Assembly (NCBI GenBank): GCA_963664705.1
Contig: OY761556.1
Coordinates: 3,264,001-3,328,000 of the forward strand
Length of the DNA stretch: 64,000 bases
Direction of reading: 5' to 3'
From: Acidobacteriota bacterium
GTDB lineage: Bacteria; Acidobacteriota; UBA6911
In this document: one piece after another, positions 24,292 through 35,764 of the stretch
Numbering within the stretch: the stretch's first letter is position 1
Layout: each line of letters begins with the position of its first letter
Program-made: the position numbers and the translations under genes
Notes under the pieces: model-generated
What the model saw: only the letters and a program-made list of their open reading frames with translations
Database searches by the model: none
What the model was told of the DNA's origin: nothing

Positions 24292-24798
24292 CTACTTTTT
24301 GACCTGCTGTAAAACCAAGTCCAAGTTTCGTACTGGAGCTTTCAGAACCATAGTAAGTCTCTGCAAGGGCGCCTTGAGGAGGAAGACCAGTTTGCTCAAC
24401 ATCACCTCTCGGGACGGCATCGAGGCTAATGCCTGGATTTCCGTCGTAGGAACCACCTTGCCTTCCACCAGCGCAGCCTTGAACGTGAAGTTTGGATTAG
24501 TCTTGCTGATATCCGTCAGCAACTTCGCCATTCCTACAACATCGCTGGGATGGTACGCCACTGCGGTCGGACCCGTGAAGAAGGGTTCGAGTGCCTCCAT
24601 TTTGGTTTCTTTGGCGGCTCGCAGTGCCAGGGTGTTTTTAACCACCACGTAATGACCATCGATTTCCCTAATTTTTCGGCGAAGCTCAGTCACATCTACT
24701 ACCTTCAAGCCTTTATAGTCGATCAAGAAGGCGCTTGAGATCGATTGGAACTGTTCGCCCAGGGATGCTACCGTCTGTTGCTTTTCCTCTTTATTCAT
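24292..24798 (-). CDS. rplJ: 50S ribosomal protein L10
   Basis: DYKGLKV, VVKNTL, TGPTA; operon position. Confidence 0.98.
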   Translation of the reverse strand: MNKEEKQQTVASLGEQFQSISSAFLIDYKGLKVVDVTELRRKIREIDGHYVVVKNTLALRAAKETKMEALEPFFTGPTAVAYHPSDVVGMAKLLTDISKTNPNFTFKAALVEGKVVPTTEIQALASMPSREVMLSKLVFLLKAPLQRLTMVLKAPVRNLDLVLQQVKK

Positions 24799-24852
24799 GA
24801 TGAAAAAACCTTTTGGGCACCTAGCCTGAATTGCTGGAGTTACCAGGTATTA

Positions 24853-25551
24853 TTAAGCATGAGTCTCGATGGAGGCTTCATCCACCCAGATCCCGGGACT
24901 CATGGTTGAGGAAATCGAAATACTTTTGATGTATTTGCCCTTGCTGCTTGCAGGTTTTGCCCTGATAACGGCTTCGATCAACGCCTTGGCGTTCTCGAAC
25001 AGGTTCTTTTCCTCGAATTGAATCTTCCCGCAAGGCGCATGGATGATTCCAGTTTTGTCGACGCGGAACTCCACTTTTCCAGCTTTGATTTCTTTGATGG
25101 CCTTTCCGACTTCGAAAGTTACAGTTCCGGTTTTCGGGTTCGGCATCAGGCCGCGAGGCCCGAGCACCTTCCCAAGTTTACCGACGCTGCGCATCATATC
25201 GGGTGTCGCCACCACGGCATCGAAATCCATCCAGCCGCCGGCGATCTTTTCAACCATTTCTTCACTTCCGACTTCATCGGCCCCGGCGTCCTTCGCCTCT
25301 TTGACCTTGTCCCCGGAAGCAATTACGATAACCCGTTTGCTTCTGCCCAATCCGTTTGGAAGCACCACCGTGCCGCGCACCATCTGATCCGCATGCTTGG
25401 GATCGACTCCCAGGCGCATATTGATTTCGACGGTCTCGTTGAATTTGGCGTAGGCGATCTTCTTCAGCAGAGGCACTGCTTCATCCAGGCGGTACAGCTT
25501 TCTTTCCCTGGCGGCGGCAGCCTTTACATAATTTTTTCCTGCCTTCGGCAT
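24853..25551 (-). CDS. rplA: 50S ribosomal protein L1
   Basis: [36 protein letters not shown]. Confidence 0.99.
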   Translation of the reverse strand: MPKAGKNYVKAAAARERKLYRLDEAVPLLKKIAYAKFNETVEINMRLGVDPKHADQMVRGTVVLPNGLGRSKRVIVIASGDKVKEAKDAGADEVGSEEMVEKIAGGWMDFDAVVATPDMMRSVGKLGKVLGPRGLMPNPKTGTVTFEVGKAIKEIKAGKVEFRVDKTGIIHAPCGKIQFEEKNLFENAKALIEAVIRAKPASSKGKYIKSISISSTMSPGIWVDEASIETHA

Positions 25552-25602
25552 TGCATTACACCTCGTTGTTAGGAGGCCGATCCTTAAAAACCCGGCCCCG
25601 AC

Positions 25603-26028
25603 CTACCCCTCGACTTCCACTCCCATGCTTCGGGCAGTCCCCATAACAATCCTGATGGCTGCTTCAATGCTGGCTGCATTGAGATCCGGCATTTTCAGCT
25701 GAGCGATCTCGCGCACATCCTTCATTGAAACCTTACCCACTTTGGTTTTGTTTGGTACACCCGAGCCCTTCGCGATATTTGCAGCTTTTTTCAGCAGAAT
25801 TGCGGCAGGAGGAGTTTTCGTGATGAAGGAATACGTACGATCACTGTAGACAGTCACCACAACAGGTATAATGAGCCCCTCCTGCTTGGCGGTCTTGGCA
25901 TTGAATGCCTTGCAGAAATCCATGATATTCAATCCATGGGGACCCAGCGCCGATCCTACCGGAGGGGCCGGTGTCGCTTTTCCTGCTGCCACCTGCAGTT
26001 TCACATTTGCAATAATCTTCTTTGCCAT
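25603..26028 (-). CDS. rplK: 50S ribosomal protein L11
   Basis: [29 protein letters not shown]; start set at MAKK. Confidence 0.98.
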   Translation of the reverse strand: MAKKIIANVKLQVAAGKATPAPPVGSALGPHGLNIMDFCKAFNAKTAKQEGLIIPVVVTVYSDRTYSFITKTPPAAILLKKAANIAKGSGVPNKTKVGKVSMKDVREIAQLKMPDLNAASIEAAIRIVMGTARSMGVEVEG

Positions 26029-26070
26029 CGAACAGCTCCATCGAACCGGCCGCAAAGCCGATTCTCGCTT

Positions 26071-26607
26071 CTACGCTTTCTCTACCTGCTCCGTTTCCAG
26101 TTCCACCGGGGTTGCGCGGCCCAGGATCGTGAGCATGACCTTCAGCGTATTTCTGTCGGGATTCACATCTTCAACCACACCCGTAAAATCCTTGAAAGGA
26201 CCTTCGGTAATCTTGACGGAATCGCCGCGATCAAAAGTAAATTTCGGCTTCGGCTGTTCCGCCGTAACCGAAACCCGGTTGACCACCTCGTTGATCTCCT
26301 CTTCCGTAAGAGGAGTCGGTTTCTTTCCGGTGCTGATGAATCCCGTGACTTTCGGAGTGCCCCGCACAATGTGCCAGGCTTTGTCCGTCATATCCATTTC
26401 AACCAGGATATATCCGGGAAACGTCAGCTTTGTGGTAACAATCTTCTTCCCACTCTTCGTCTCGACCACGTCTTCCGTGGGGATCAGAATCTGACCGATA
26501 CATTCCCCCAGATCATAAGCGTCGATGCGGTTCATAAGGCTTTCCGCAACTTTTCGCTCATACCCGGAGTATGTATGGATAATGTACCACTTCTTCGAAT
26601 TGTCCAT
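26071..26607 (-). CDS. nusG: Transcription elongation factor NusG
   Basis: [23 protein letters not shown] motif GPFKDF.G. Confidence 0.99.
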   Translation of the reverse strand: MDNSKKWYIIHTYSGYERKVAESLMNRIDAYDLGECIGQILIPTEDVVETKSGKKIVTTKLTFPGYILVEMDMTDKAWHIVRGTPKVTGFISTGKKPTPLTEEEINEVVNRVSVTAEQPKPKFTFDRGDSVKITEGPFKDFTGVVEDVNPDRNTLKVMLTILGRATPVELETEQVEKA

Positions 26608-26616
26608 GCTTCGGTC

Positions 26617-26850
26617 TCAAGGGCGTGCTTCCAGCATACCCCGAATGAAGGTCATTCCGTTACCAACCAAGAAATCCACTACCGCAAGGAAGAATCCGAA
26701 GAAAAACACCGACGCAATCACAACGAACGTCGTTCCGGTAACCTCACGCCTCGATGGCCACGATACGTTGTAAAGCTCTTTTCGCGTGTCCTTGAGGAAC
26801 TCGATAATACTTTTAAACCATGCCCTCAGTTTTTCGAAAAAGTCTTTCAT
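26617..26850 (-). CDS. secE: Preprotein translocase subunit SecE
   Basis: EL..VSWPSRRE plus one TM; lies between tRNA-Trp and nusG. Confidence 0.95.
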   Translation of the reverse strand: MKDFFEKLRAWFKSIIEFLKDTRKELYNVSWPSRREVTGTTFVVIASVFFFGFFLAVVDFLVGNGMTFIRGMLEARP

Positions 26851-26914
26851 TGCTTAACTCCGCAATTCTTCACGCGGCCTGTCGGGTCCCACCCGGAACG
26901 GCGGATCCCAAATA

Positions 26915-26991
26915 TGGCAGGCCAGGAGGGACTCGAACCCCCAACATGCGGTTTTGGAGACCGCCGCTCTGCCAATTAGAGCTACTGGCCT
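26915..26991 (-). tRNA. tRNA-Trp (CCA)
   Basis: Cloverleaf AGGCCAG...CTGGCCT-GCCA; anticodon loop CT-CCA-AA; TTCGA T-loop. Confidence 0.96.
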
Positions 26992-27028
26992 GTGTACAAC
27001 CCTCGTAACGGAAACCAGCCCCTCACGC

Positions 27029-27178
27029 CTAACGCGTTTCCTTGTGCGGCGTATGGGCACGGCACCGATTACAGAACTTCTTGAACTCCAGCCGCTCCGT
27101 CGTCGTCTTCTTATTCTTCGTCGTCGTATAGTTGCGGCTTTTGCACTTCGTGCATTCCAAATTAATAATGTCTCGCAT
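27029..27178 (-). CDS. rpmG: 50S ribosomal protein L33, zinc-binding C+ type (49 aa; absent from the ORF track)
   Basis: Manual translation [49 protein letters not shown]. Confidence 0.97.
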   Translation of the reverse strand: MRDIINLECTKCKSRNYTTTKNKKTTTERLEFKKFCNRCRAHTPHKETR

Positions 27179-27190
27179 GGCTGTCCCGGA

Positions 27191-28378
<1,188 letters not shown>

Positions 28379-28472
28379 ACTAGATTCTCCTGGCTTCTGC
28401 TCCGGGTCGTTTTAATTTTTTTAAATATTAATAACTCTTTTCAATTCCTATCAAGCTATCCGGCAAATTCGA

Positions 28473-28548
<76 letters not shown>

Positions 28549-28559
28549 AGATCCTCAAA

Positions 28560-28641
28560 TTGTTTTGCCAGCCAAAACAAAACTACGACAGGCAATCCTT
28601 CTTTAAGTTTTGGCTTGCCAGCCGGAGCCTTTGGCATAGGC
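28560..28641 (-). repeat. tRNA-anchored palindromic repeat after the tRNA-Gly CCA
   Basis: GCCTATGCCAAAGGCTCCGGCTGGCAAGCC... begins at the first base after CCA; homologous to 42978-43001. Confidence 0.7.
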
Positions 28642-28717
28642 TGGAGCGGGAGACGGGACTCGAACCCGCGACCAATAGCTTGGAAGGCTATGACTCTGCC
28701 AACTGAGTTACTCCCGC
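28642..28717 (-). tRNA. tRNA-Gly (TCC)
   Basis: GCGGGAG...CTCCCGC-TCCA; anticodon TCC. Confidence 0.96.
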
Positions 28718-28748
28718 TTAATAAATGCTCCGCCTTTTTTGACGGACA

Positions 28749-28791
28749 GTTTTTCAGACTCCGGCTGGCCGGCCGGAGCTTCAAGAAAAAC
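28749..28791 (-). repeat. tRNA-anchored palindromic repeat after the tRNA-Tyr CCA
   Basis: GTTTTTCTTGAAGCTCCGGCCGGCCAGCCGGAGTCTGAAAAAC hairpin; core nearly identical to the post-tmRNA hairpin. Confidence 0.75.
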
Positions 28792-28879
28792 TGGTGGAGA
28801 GGGGAGGATTCGAACCTCCGTAGTACCTAAGTACGCTGGGTTTACAGCCCAGTGCCATTAACCGCTCGACCACCTCTCC
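28792..28879 (-). tRNA. tRNA-Tyr (GTA)
   Basis: GGAGAGG...CCTCTCC-ACCA; anticodon GTA; long variable arm. Confidence 0.96.
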
Positions 28880-29111
28880 AAAGATCTTCTCGCCTTCATT
28901 CTGCTTCGACAGGCTTGCCCGCCCAAGCTTCAGCAAAGGCTATTCAACATCTGCAAGGCATGGGAACTTTCTGCAATGCTTTGGTCATCCGCCAAAGTGG
29001 AGTCCAGGGAGCTTACAGGTGAGCCGGCCTAACCCTTCTGCCTCCGTCCGGTTAAGCCTCCGAACCGGGTTCCGCAAATCCCAAATCCAGCTTCTTTTAC
29101 GGCCCTTATAC

Positions 29112-29187
29112 TGGAGCTGGCGAGAGGATTTGAACCCCCGACCCGCTGATTACAAATCAGCTGCTCTACCGACTGAGCTACGCCAGC
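29112..29187 (-). tRNA. tRNA-Thr (TGT)
   Basis: GCTGGCG...CGCCAGC-TCCA; anticodon TGT. Confidence 0.96.
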
Positions 29188-29202
29188 ATTGGCAAAGTTT
29201 TA

Positions 29203-29231
29203 AATCTAGCACGCAAAAATAGACTCTGCAA
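29203..29231 (-). promoter_or_regulatory. Probable sigma70 promoter of the tRNA-tuf operon
   Basis: TTGCAG-N17-TAGATT ending 15 nt upstream of tRNA-Thr(TGT). Confidence 0.5.
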
Positions 29232-29580
29232 CCCAAAACTACATATTCGGGTAAGAATTTACAGAACTTACTCCATGCCCGGGCTGCCCCATCGATCGGG
29301 CTACCCATCCGAACCACATACCGGCCCCTAAAGAGATACCTATCCCTCGGAGGGTAATCCTTATGTTGTTCCGGAAAATGTCTTTGAGTCAAGAACTACT
29401 TTCAAAAAAAGTCAGAAATCCACGAAATTCGCCCTAAAAAGCTGCGCTCAGCATCCGCTCCCATGAATCTTCCAGCCCAATGGAAGCCTCCACAAAAACG
29501 CCTGGTCCCCCACTTTATACGAGGGCTTCACCCTCAGCCGCCCGACATCATAATTGACATCGCAGGGTGCTTTGTATTAA

Positions 29581-30606
29581 ATGCCTCCGATGCCAAACGG
29601 TGGAGCGCTCAATCGTCTTAGACTTTTCCGGGACTACCTGCTCCGCAAGCCTGTTTGTTCCGCCAACCCGGTCGAAATCAGCGTCGAAACTACCACAAAA
29701 TGCAACCTGCGCTGTCCCATGTGCACGCGGGAGCAGCTCGTTCCCTCTCTCTCCAACATGGATCTCGAGCTTTTCAAGCGCATCATCGATCAGGGAGAGA
29801 AATACCTGGAGCTCGTGGTCCCCATGAATCTGGGCGAACCGCTCATGAATCCCCAGATATACGAGATCATCCGGTACTGCAAAAACAAGGGCATGAATGT
29901 CCTGATTTCCACCAACGGTACGCTGCTGAATGAAAGCAACTCACGGAAACTCCTGGAATCCGGTGTCGACTATCTCATTTTTTCTTTTGATGGCGCATCC
30001 AAGGAGATCTATGAAAAGTACCGCGCCGGCGCCGAATTCGAAAAGGTTCGCGCCAACCTGTTGTCTTTCTTCCGGATGAAACGGGAAATGAAATCCCGTA
30101 CCCATTGCGTGATCCAGATGGTGATCCTCAAAGACAACCAGGGCGAAATCAAGGCCTTCAGAGATATGTGGGAGGCGGAGGGCGTCGAGGTCCGGTTGAA
30201 ACCCAATTTGGTCCTGGGAGAGGAATTCTCGATCCCCCGCACCTTGGAAGACAACCCCGCCGCCTTGAAGAAGCCCTGTTTCCACCTGTGGCGCGGCAGC
30301 TTTGTGGTTCGGGTTGACGGAATTGTATTCCCCTGCTGCTGGAGCTATAACTCGCTTCCGGTAGGAGACCTCAAAACTCAAAGCCTGGATGAAATCTGGA
30401 ATTCGCCGGAAATGGTTGCGCTGCGGAAGAAGCATGTCGACGGTTCGGCGCATCAGATACCCACCTGCCGGAATTGCAGCCTGGTGCAACCGGAGTTCAC
30501 CAGCCTTGCGGCGGCGTTTCTCCTGACGGGGCTTCAAGTGCGGAGGCTGCTCCCGATCCGGGAAAAAATCGTCGCATTTTTCGAAAAACTACGGCCACAA
30601 AAATGA
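29581..30606 (+). CDS. Radical SAM protein with SPASM/Twitch domain
   Basis: CNLRCPMC, GEPLMNP, STNGTLL; C-terminal PCFHLW..DG.VFPCC..CRNC. Confidence 0.9.
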   Translation: MPPMPNGGALNRLRLFRDYLLRKPVCSANPVEISVETTTKCNLRCPMCTREQLVPSLSNMDLELFKRIIDQGEKYLELVVPMNLGEPLMNPQIYEIIRYCKNKGMNVLISTNGTLLNESNSRKLLESGVDYLIFSFDGASKEIYEKYRAGAEFEKVRANLLSFFRMKREMKSRTHCVIQMVILKDNQGEIKAFRDMWEAEGVEVRLKPNLVLGEEFSIPRTLEDNPAALKKPCFHLWRGSFVVRVDGIVFPCCWSYNSLPVGDLKTQSLDEIWNSPEMVALRKKHVDGSAHQIPTCRNCSLVQPEFTSLAAAFLLTGLQVRRLLPIREKIVAFFEKLRPQK

Positions 30607-32669
30607 GCGAACCCAGCCCCCGCGTTTCGCGCGCTATCATCATTCTGTGGGCTTGTTTCCTGTCTTTGCCCTTTCTCCGTCAGCCGCTGCACCTCGATGA
30701 TTGTTTCTATTACGATATTTCAAAGAATGTTTCCCACAAGCCCTTGTTTCCACAAGACATGCCGTATGTTTTTGAGGGCAGGCTGGCGCAGGATCTCGGC
30801 TCCAATTCCCACGCTCCTTTTGTTCCTTATTACATCGCCTTAGCCAACAGTTCCCTTCCGGACCGCTGGGGAGAGGAGGCCAAGCTTCATCTTGCCTTCG
30901 CACTGTTTCCCATCATCATTGGTTTGGCCGGGTATAGCCTTGCCCGTGCATTAACGCCATATCCTCTGCTAGCCGCGCTGTTGATTCAGGCAACGCCCGC
31001 GGTAATGGTGAATTCTCATACGTTGATGTCGGACGTTCCGGCGCTCGCCTTCTGGCTTGCGTCCCTTGCCGGCTTCCACCTGTGGATTTCTACTCAAAAG
31101 AAGCGATACCTTACCTTGTGCATTCTATCAACCATGGCGGCATCCTTCGCGGCCTATCAATCGTTAGGCCTGGTCCTGCTGTTTGCGCTCTACGCATGGC
31201 TTAAAGGAAAGTTTGACCGTGGGGTTGTGCTGGCGTGCGTATTGCCGATCCTCTTTATAATAGGTTGGTTCGGACTCGGATACCTCCATTACGGACGTTT
31301 CCTTGCCTCGAACACCGCCGCCTACGCCGTTGGGCGCGGCATCTTCACTCCATACCAAATTGCAGAGCGGGGCATTGCCGTATTTGTTTATATTGGCGGC
31401 ACCACGCTCTTCCCGCTCGGATTGCTGCTTCTTTGCGCGGGCTGGCTCAAAGGCCGCATCATTGCCATTACACTTCTGATCTCGGCGGTGATCGTTCAGG
31501 TGTTTGCCCCGCAGTACACATTTGGCGAAAAAAGCCTGCTGGTGCTGCTCCTCTGCGCCGCTGTGGTTGTTTCCGCAAAACTCATTCTATCGGGAATCAC
31601 CGGGTTTGCCCGAAAGACAAACCAGGAGAGAGATGCGGAGGGCCTTTTCCTGGCAGCCTGGTTTCTGTTTGTTTTCCTTTATTGCATCGTCATCTTTTAT
31701 ACCTCGACAGCACGCTATATTTTGCCGCTGGTTCCTCCGCTCGCAATATTTGTCACACGAGCGGTGCCCGGGCAGGCTTCCCTTCGACGGGTCGCCCTGG
31801 TCATTTTGCTGGCCGCCACGTCCATCCAGGGCGCGGCACTGAGCCTCTCCGACTATCAATTCGCAAAAATTTACCGGCAAATCGCCTCCGAGATGCGGTC
31901 CTCCTATGGGCGCATGGCGGGAGATATCTGGTATGGCGGGGAATGGGGCTTTCGTCATTACATGGACCAATCATCCTATAAGCTGATAAGCTCGAACCTG
32001 GGAGCGCCTCCGGTCAAAGGTGGAGACCTGATCCTGATTCCGGAGCTGGCCTGCCCCTATAATCTGAGCAAAGATCTGGAATCGATGCTCATCAAAGTAG
32101 AGCAGCGCGACTACAGGCCGAGCTGGCCCATCCGTCTTCTTGATCGTGCATCGCACGCGGGATTTCACTCGGTCCACTGGGGACTGTTGCCGTTTTCGTT
32201 TTCCTCCTCGAATCTCGAAAGCTTGAAGGTATACCAGGTATCCGTCCTTTCCGAGAAGCTTCCGGAAGCCGTATCCACGAATCGGGGATCGTCCCTGCCC
32301 TATCCATCGATTCTGGAACGGGCCGGCACAAGGAAGCTTGCATTGATCGGCGATATCCCGATGCACATTTCCTACAAAGTGAATTTGCCCCGAAGGGGGA
32401 GACTGGCTTTTGGCATTGGGGCCTTCAAGGAAAATATGAAAGACGGGCTGGCGCAGCCGGTAATGTTCTCGATCAAGCTTCACAACGCTCGCGGAGAATC
32501 CAGTCCCATCTTCAGCCACCTCGCGACCTCGGCTGAAGCAGATAAACGCTTTATCGTCGATCTCCCAGGTGAGATCGAGGGAGCTTCGGAGTTGGAGTTT
32601 GAGAGCACGGTCCAGGGAATTGCAGAGAAGTCGCGCGCTGCCTGGATTGATTTCTGCCTGTTGCCCTGA
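30603..32669 (+). CDS. ArnT/PMT-like (GT-C fold) integral membrane glycosyltransferase with extracellular C-terminal domain
   Basis: LHLDD and HAP motifs in the first loop, MSDVP, RYILP, ~12 TMs; ATGA overlap with the radical SAM gene. Confidence 0.75.
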   Translation: MSEPSPRVSRAIIILWACFLSLPFLRQPLHLDDCFYYDISKNVSHKPLFPQDMPYVFEGRLAQDLGSNSHAPFVPYYIALANSSLPDRWGEEAKLHLAFALFPIIIGLAGYSLARALTPYPLLAALLIQATPAVMVNSHTLMSDVPALAFWLASLAGFHLWISTQKKRYLTLCILSTMAASFAAYQSLGLVLLFALYAWLKGKFDRGVVLACVLPILFIIGWFGLGYLHYGRFLASNTAAYAVGRGIFTPYQIAERGIAVFVYIGGTTLFPLGLLLLCAGWLKGRIIAITLLISAVIVQVFAPQYTFGEKSLLVLLLCAAVVVSAKLILSGITGFARKTNQERDAEGLFLAAWFLFVFLYCIVIFYTSTARYILPLVPPLAIFVTRAVPGQASLRRVALVILLAATSIQGAALSLSDYQFAKIYRQIASEMRSSYGRMAGDIWYGGEWGFRHYMDQSSYKLISSNLGAPPVKGGDLILIPELACPYNLSKDLESMLIKVEQRDYRPSWPIRLLDRASHAGFHSVHWGLLPFSFSSSNLESLKVYQVSVLSEKLPEAVSTNRGSSLPYPSILERAGTRKLALIGDIPMHISYKVNLPRRGRLAFGIGAFKENMKDGLAQPVMFSIKLHNARGESSPIFSHLATSAEADKRFIVDLPGEIEGASELEFESTVQGIAEKSRAAWIDFCLLP

Positions 32670-32671
32670 CC

Positions 32672-33259
32672 TTGATATACGGGTCATACGCATGGGAGGC
32701 TGTATCTGTGTACGCCAGTCAAAGTTATTGGAGGTTCCCAGCCCGTCGTCTGTTGGCGGGGATCCTTCTGCTTGGAGGCCTGGTTTCGGGCTGCAGCGAA
32801 CATATCGCCAATAGTCCAAAGCCCGGCATGATCGATCTCATGCCGCCGGTGACAGCGCCCGGACAACCTCCATCCACCGGGATCCAGACGATGGCATTTG
32901 CACGCAATGGACTGGAGCGCCAAGCCATCATCCTTCAGGCCGATGCCAAGGTCCCCTTGCGGCCGATGCTCATCCCCGCGCATGCAACACTGGCATTTGC
33001 ACTGGCCATGCCTTTTGACCTGGGAGATGGAGCTATGGCCCGAGTCTATTTCCGCTCTCGTGAAGGCGAGTTTCTGTTGATGGAACACCGGCTGGATCCT
33101 GCCAGGAAACGGGAAGACCGCCAGTGGTTTGAAGTTTCCCTCGACCTGGAAAACTATGCCGGAAAACAGGGGGAGATCGTTTTGCAGGCCAGCGCGGATA
33201 CCGGAGATTCCACGGGAGATTGGATCGGCTGGGGAGATGTTCAGATTTGCACTCGATAG
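32672..33259 (+). CDS. Putative lipoprotein with beta-sandwich (carbohydrate-binding-like) domain
   Basis: Hydrophobic stretch then lipobox LVSGC; W..VSLDLENYAGK and DWIGWG; start uncertain. Confidence 0.55.
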   Translation: MIYGSYAWEAVSVYASQSYWRFPARRLLAGILLLGGLVSGCSEHIANSPKPGMIDLMPPVTAPGQPPSTGIQTMAFARNGLERQAIILQADAKVPLRPMLIPAHATLAFALAMPFDLGDGAMARVYFRSREGEFLLMEHRLDPARKREDRQWFEVSLDLENYAGKQGEIVLQASADTGDSTGDWIGWGDVQICTR

Positions 33260-33275
33260 GAAGTTGCTTCCGGCC

Positions 33276-34007
33276 TCAAACGGAGCGCGGATCAGGGACG
33301 GAATCGGTTGTCCCGGAAAGAGGCGTACGGCGCCTCGTAAAGCGCTTTTGGAACATGAACAACAGATTATGCAGTCCATCGCGGTAGGGATTGAGCCTGG
33401 ATTCCCCACTGCGGTTCGAGAAATCCAGATAGACCTCCATGAACCCGATCTTCGGATTTCGTATCGCTTCTATCTTCAATTCTTCACATAGCTCCAGCAT
33501 GTCACCGACAAGGTTTACCTCGTCCAGGATGGATCGCTCGAAGACCCATAGACCGGACTGGGAATCGGAGACCCACCGGAAATAGAGCAGAGAAAAAACA
33601 AGGCTCAGAAACCGGTTTCCCAGTCGATGCTTCAGCGACATGGCATCTTTGTCTTCCAGCGGGAACCTGGATCCCGATACAAAGCGCACGTCCGAACGAA
33701 GCAGAATCTCAATAAGGTAGGAAATGGAATCCACGGGGAAAAAGTGGTCGGCATCGAGCGATACAATCACATCGCCCTTGGCCTGGGCCAGACCGGCGCG
33801 ATAGGCGCGCCCCGCGCCATGCACCTGCTCCGATATCGTGCGCACGTTGCCAAGATCTGTCAGATCCGGTTTATGCCCACCGGCATCCCCCTCCATGACC
33901 GCGATAACCTCGTCTACAAAAGATGGGACCTGGGGAAGGATACTCCGGATATCGGAGACACCGTGCGGGCAAGGTATCAGTGCTGTAATTTGCCGACCCT
34001 TGTACAT
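33276..34007 (-). CDS. GT2 family (DPM1-like) glycosyltransferase, divergent paralog
   Basis: LDAD DxD motif, GSRF, DSQSG, RSGESRL; N-terminal motifs degenerate. Confidence 0.8.
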   Translation of the reverse strand: MYKGRQITALIPCPHGVSDIRSILPQVPSFVDEVIAVMEGDAGGHKPDLTDLGNVRTISEQVHGAGRAYRAGLAQAKGDVIVSLDADHFFPVDSISYLIEILLRSDVRFVSGSRFPLEDKDAMSLKHRLGNRFLSLVFSLLYFRWVSDSQSGLWVFERSILDEVNLVGDMLELCEELKIEAIRNPKIGFMEVYLDFSNRSGESRLNPYRDGLHNLLFMFQKRFTRRRTPLSGTTDSVPDPRSV

Positions 34008-34102
34008 GGCGTCATCATAGCACACCTTGCAGGATCAGCCACTTGTCGAATAATGCGCAGTAATTGGAGGCAAGAAAAACCAGGCGGCAAATCGCCACAC
34101 GC

Positions 34103-35692
34103 CTAACGCTGTATGTAGTACAGCCTTGCGCCGTCGCCTGAAGGGAGCGTAAAGACCTGAACCAGACGAAAGATGCCGGGCGATCCGGTAATTATTTCGT
34201 TTAATCCTGCACTTGCTCCCGTGGTCCAATTCACGCCCTGTGCGCGTTCGGTCATGACCGCGTAGTTGTAACCGTCGAACGAGGCCAATCCGCGATCACC
34301 GGATTGCAGATGCACCACACGCGCGGAAATCCCCCGCATCCTGGCATATAAAGTAAAACTTCCTTCATTGAAATATGGCAGGTCGGGAACCATAGCCACC
34401 GACGGCTCCACTTTTCTCTGCGCCGAATCAGAGGCAAGTTTTTTCAGGATTTCATCCTGCTTCCAGTCCTCTTTCTTCGGTTTTCCAAGCAGATCGAAAT
34501 AATTCTGGAGATACAGATTCCAGTCCCAGCGAAAGGAGCCTTGATATCCTTTCAGCAAGACCACGCGCTCCGGGAGCCACGCGACGCCAAAATTGGCCGC
34601 ATACGCCTGAAAACAGAGAAGCAGCACCAGTACCGTTTTCATCACCGGGCGGAACGCAGTCTTCTTCCATGATGCAATCCAGATTCCGGGAATCACGGCA
34701 ATAGGACCCAGCAGTGGCATCGTGAACCTGGGATCCTTGGTGCGCAACAGCGTCATCACTGCCCAGCCCCCGAGGATGCTGATCACGAGGAACTTCCAGT
34801 CCTGGATCAAGCGCTTCTTGAGAACAAAGAAACTCGCCAGGCATACAAGGGCAAAAAGAAGAGCAAAGAGCTGATACCCCTCCAGGAGGCGCAGGTAGTA
34901 CACCAGCGACTGGAACGATAGGATCGGTGGCTCCCCTTCCCGTGCGCCAATGGCCGCATTCTGCGGGAAGTATTGAATCAGACGGGGAATGTTGGGCAGA
35001 TACCATGCGGCCGCCAGAACGCCGGCAACGATCAGGGTGTCGGCAAAATGGAGACTGCGGTCAGGATGCTTCCAAATGCGATTCCTCAAAACAACGTACA
35101 AGATGGGAAAAAAAACCAGTCCGGCAAAAAACCACTTCGTCAACATCCCCAGCCCGAGGAGCACACCCAGCAGCAGACTCCATCGCCGGGACTGAAAGCC
35201 CTCGGTCTTGCGAAGAAGCACAAGGAACGCGGCAAAGAACGCAGAAAGCCAGTAATCCAGGATAGTTTCCCGGGACATCCATATCAGATAAGGGATAAGG
35301 GCGGTGAGGGCGCAAGCCCAGGCGGCTGCCTCCCGGCCAGCCAAATCCCGAGCCAAATGGTAGACAGCCCAAAGCAGTAGAATGGTTGCGGGAACATTGG
35401 CGAGTGCGGCGATATGCGGCCCCGGATGCAGAATCAGGAACAGGAAAGCCATCACCAGGTGCACAAAGGGAGGATAGTTTCCTGACTTTTCCCAGTAGTG
35501 AAGAGATGGCGAATGGTCCAGGTATCCCAGCGCGTAGGTCTGGTGAAGCGCCATATCCCATACCGGAGGACGGGTATCGTTGACGAGCCAGACGAGATTC
35601 AGGCCCCACAGAAGTGCGGCCAGCAGGAGAATCGTCATCCACCCGTTATCGATCATCCCGGCCGGGTCAGGAATACTGTTGTTGCTTTTCAT
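34103..35692 (-). CDS. ArnT/GT39-like (GT-C fold) membrane glycosyltransferase
   Basis: DTRPPVWD, YPP, LDY, GMLTKW, KDPRFTMP; multi-TM. Confidence 0.8.
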   Translation of the reverse strand: MKSNNSIPDPAGMIDNGWMTILLLAALLWGLNLVWLVNDTRPPVWDMALHQTYALGYLDHSPSLHYWEKSGNYPPFVHLVMAFLFLILHPGPHIAALANVPATILLLWAVYHLARDLAGREAAAWACALTALIPYLIWMSRETILDYWLSAFFAAFLVLLRKTEGFQSRRWSLLLGVLLGLGMLTKWFFAGLVFFPILYVVLRNRIWKHPDRSLHFADTLIVAGVLAAAWYLPNIPRLIQYFPQNAAIGAREGEPPILSFQSLVYYLRLLEGYQLFALLFALVCLASFFVLKKRLIQDWKFLVISILGGWAVMTLLRTKDPRFTMPLLGPIAVIPGIWIASWKKTAFRPVMKTVLVLLLCFQAYAANFGVAWLPERVVLLKGYQGSFRWDWNLYLQNYFDLLGKPKKEDWKQDEILKKLASDSAQRKVEPSVAMVPDLPYFNEGSFTLYARMRGISARVVHLQSGDRGLASFDGYNYAVMTERAQGVNWTTGASAGLNEIITGSPGIFRLVQVFTLPSGDGARLYYIQR

Positions 35693-35764
35693 AAGGGCGT
35701 ATTATAGCTTCATGTCCGTTAAAGGAGTGCCCATTTCACATCAGCGGACTCCGCGCATGGTTGT

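Noticed and set aside
24799-24852. L10 leader RNA upstream of rplJ
   Set aside because: The spacer is only 54 bp with one weak hairpin, too short for the canonical leader.
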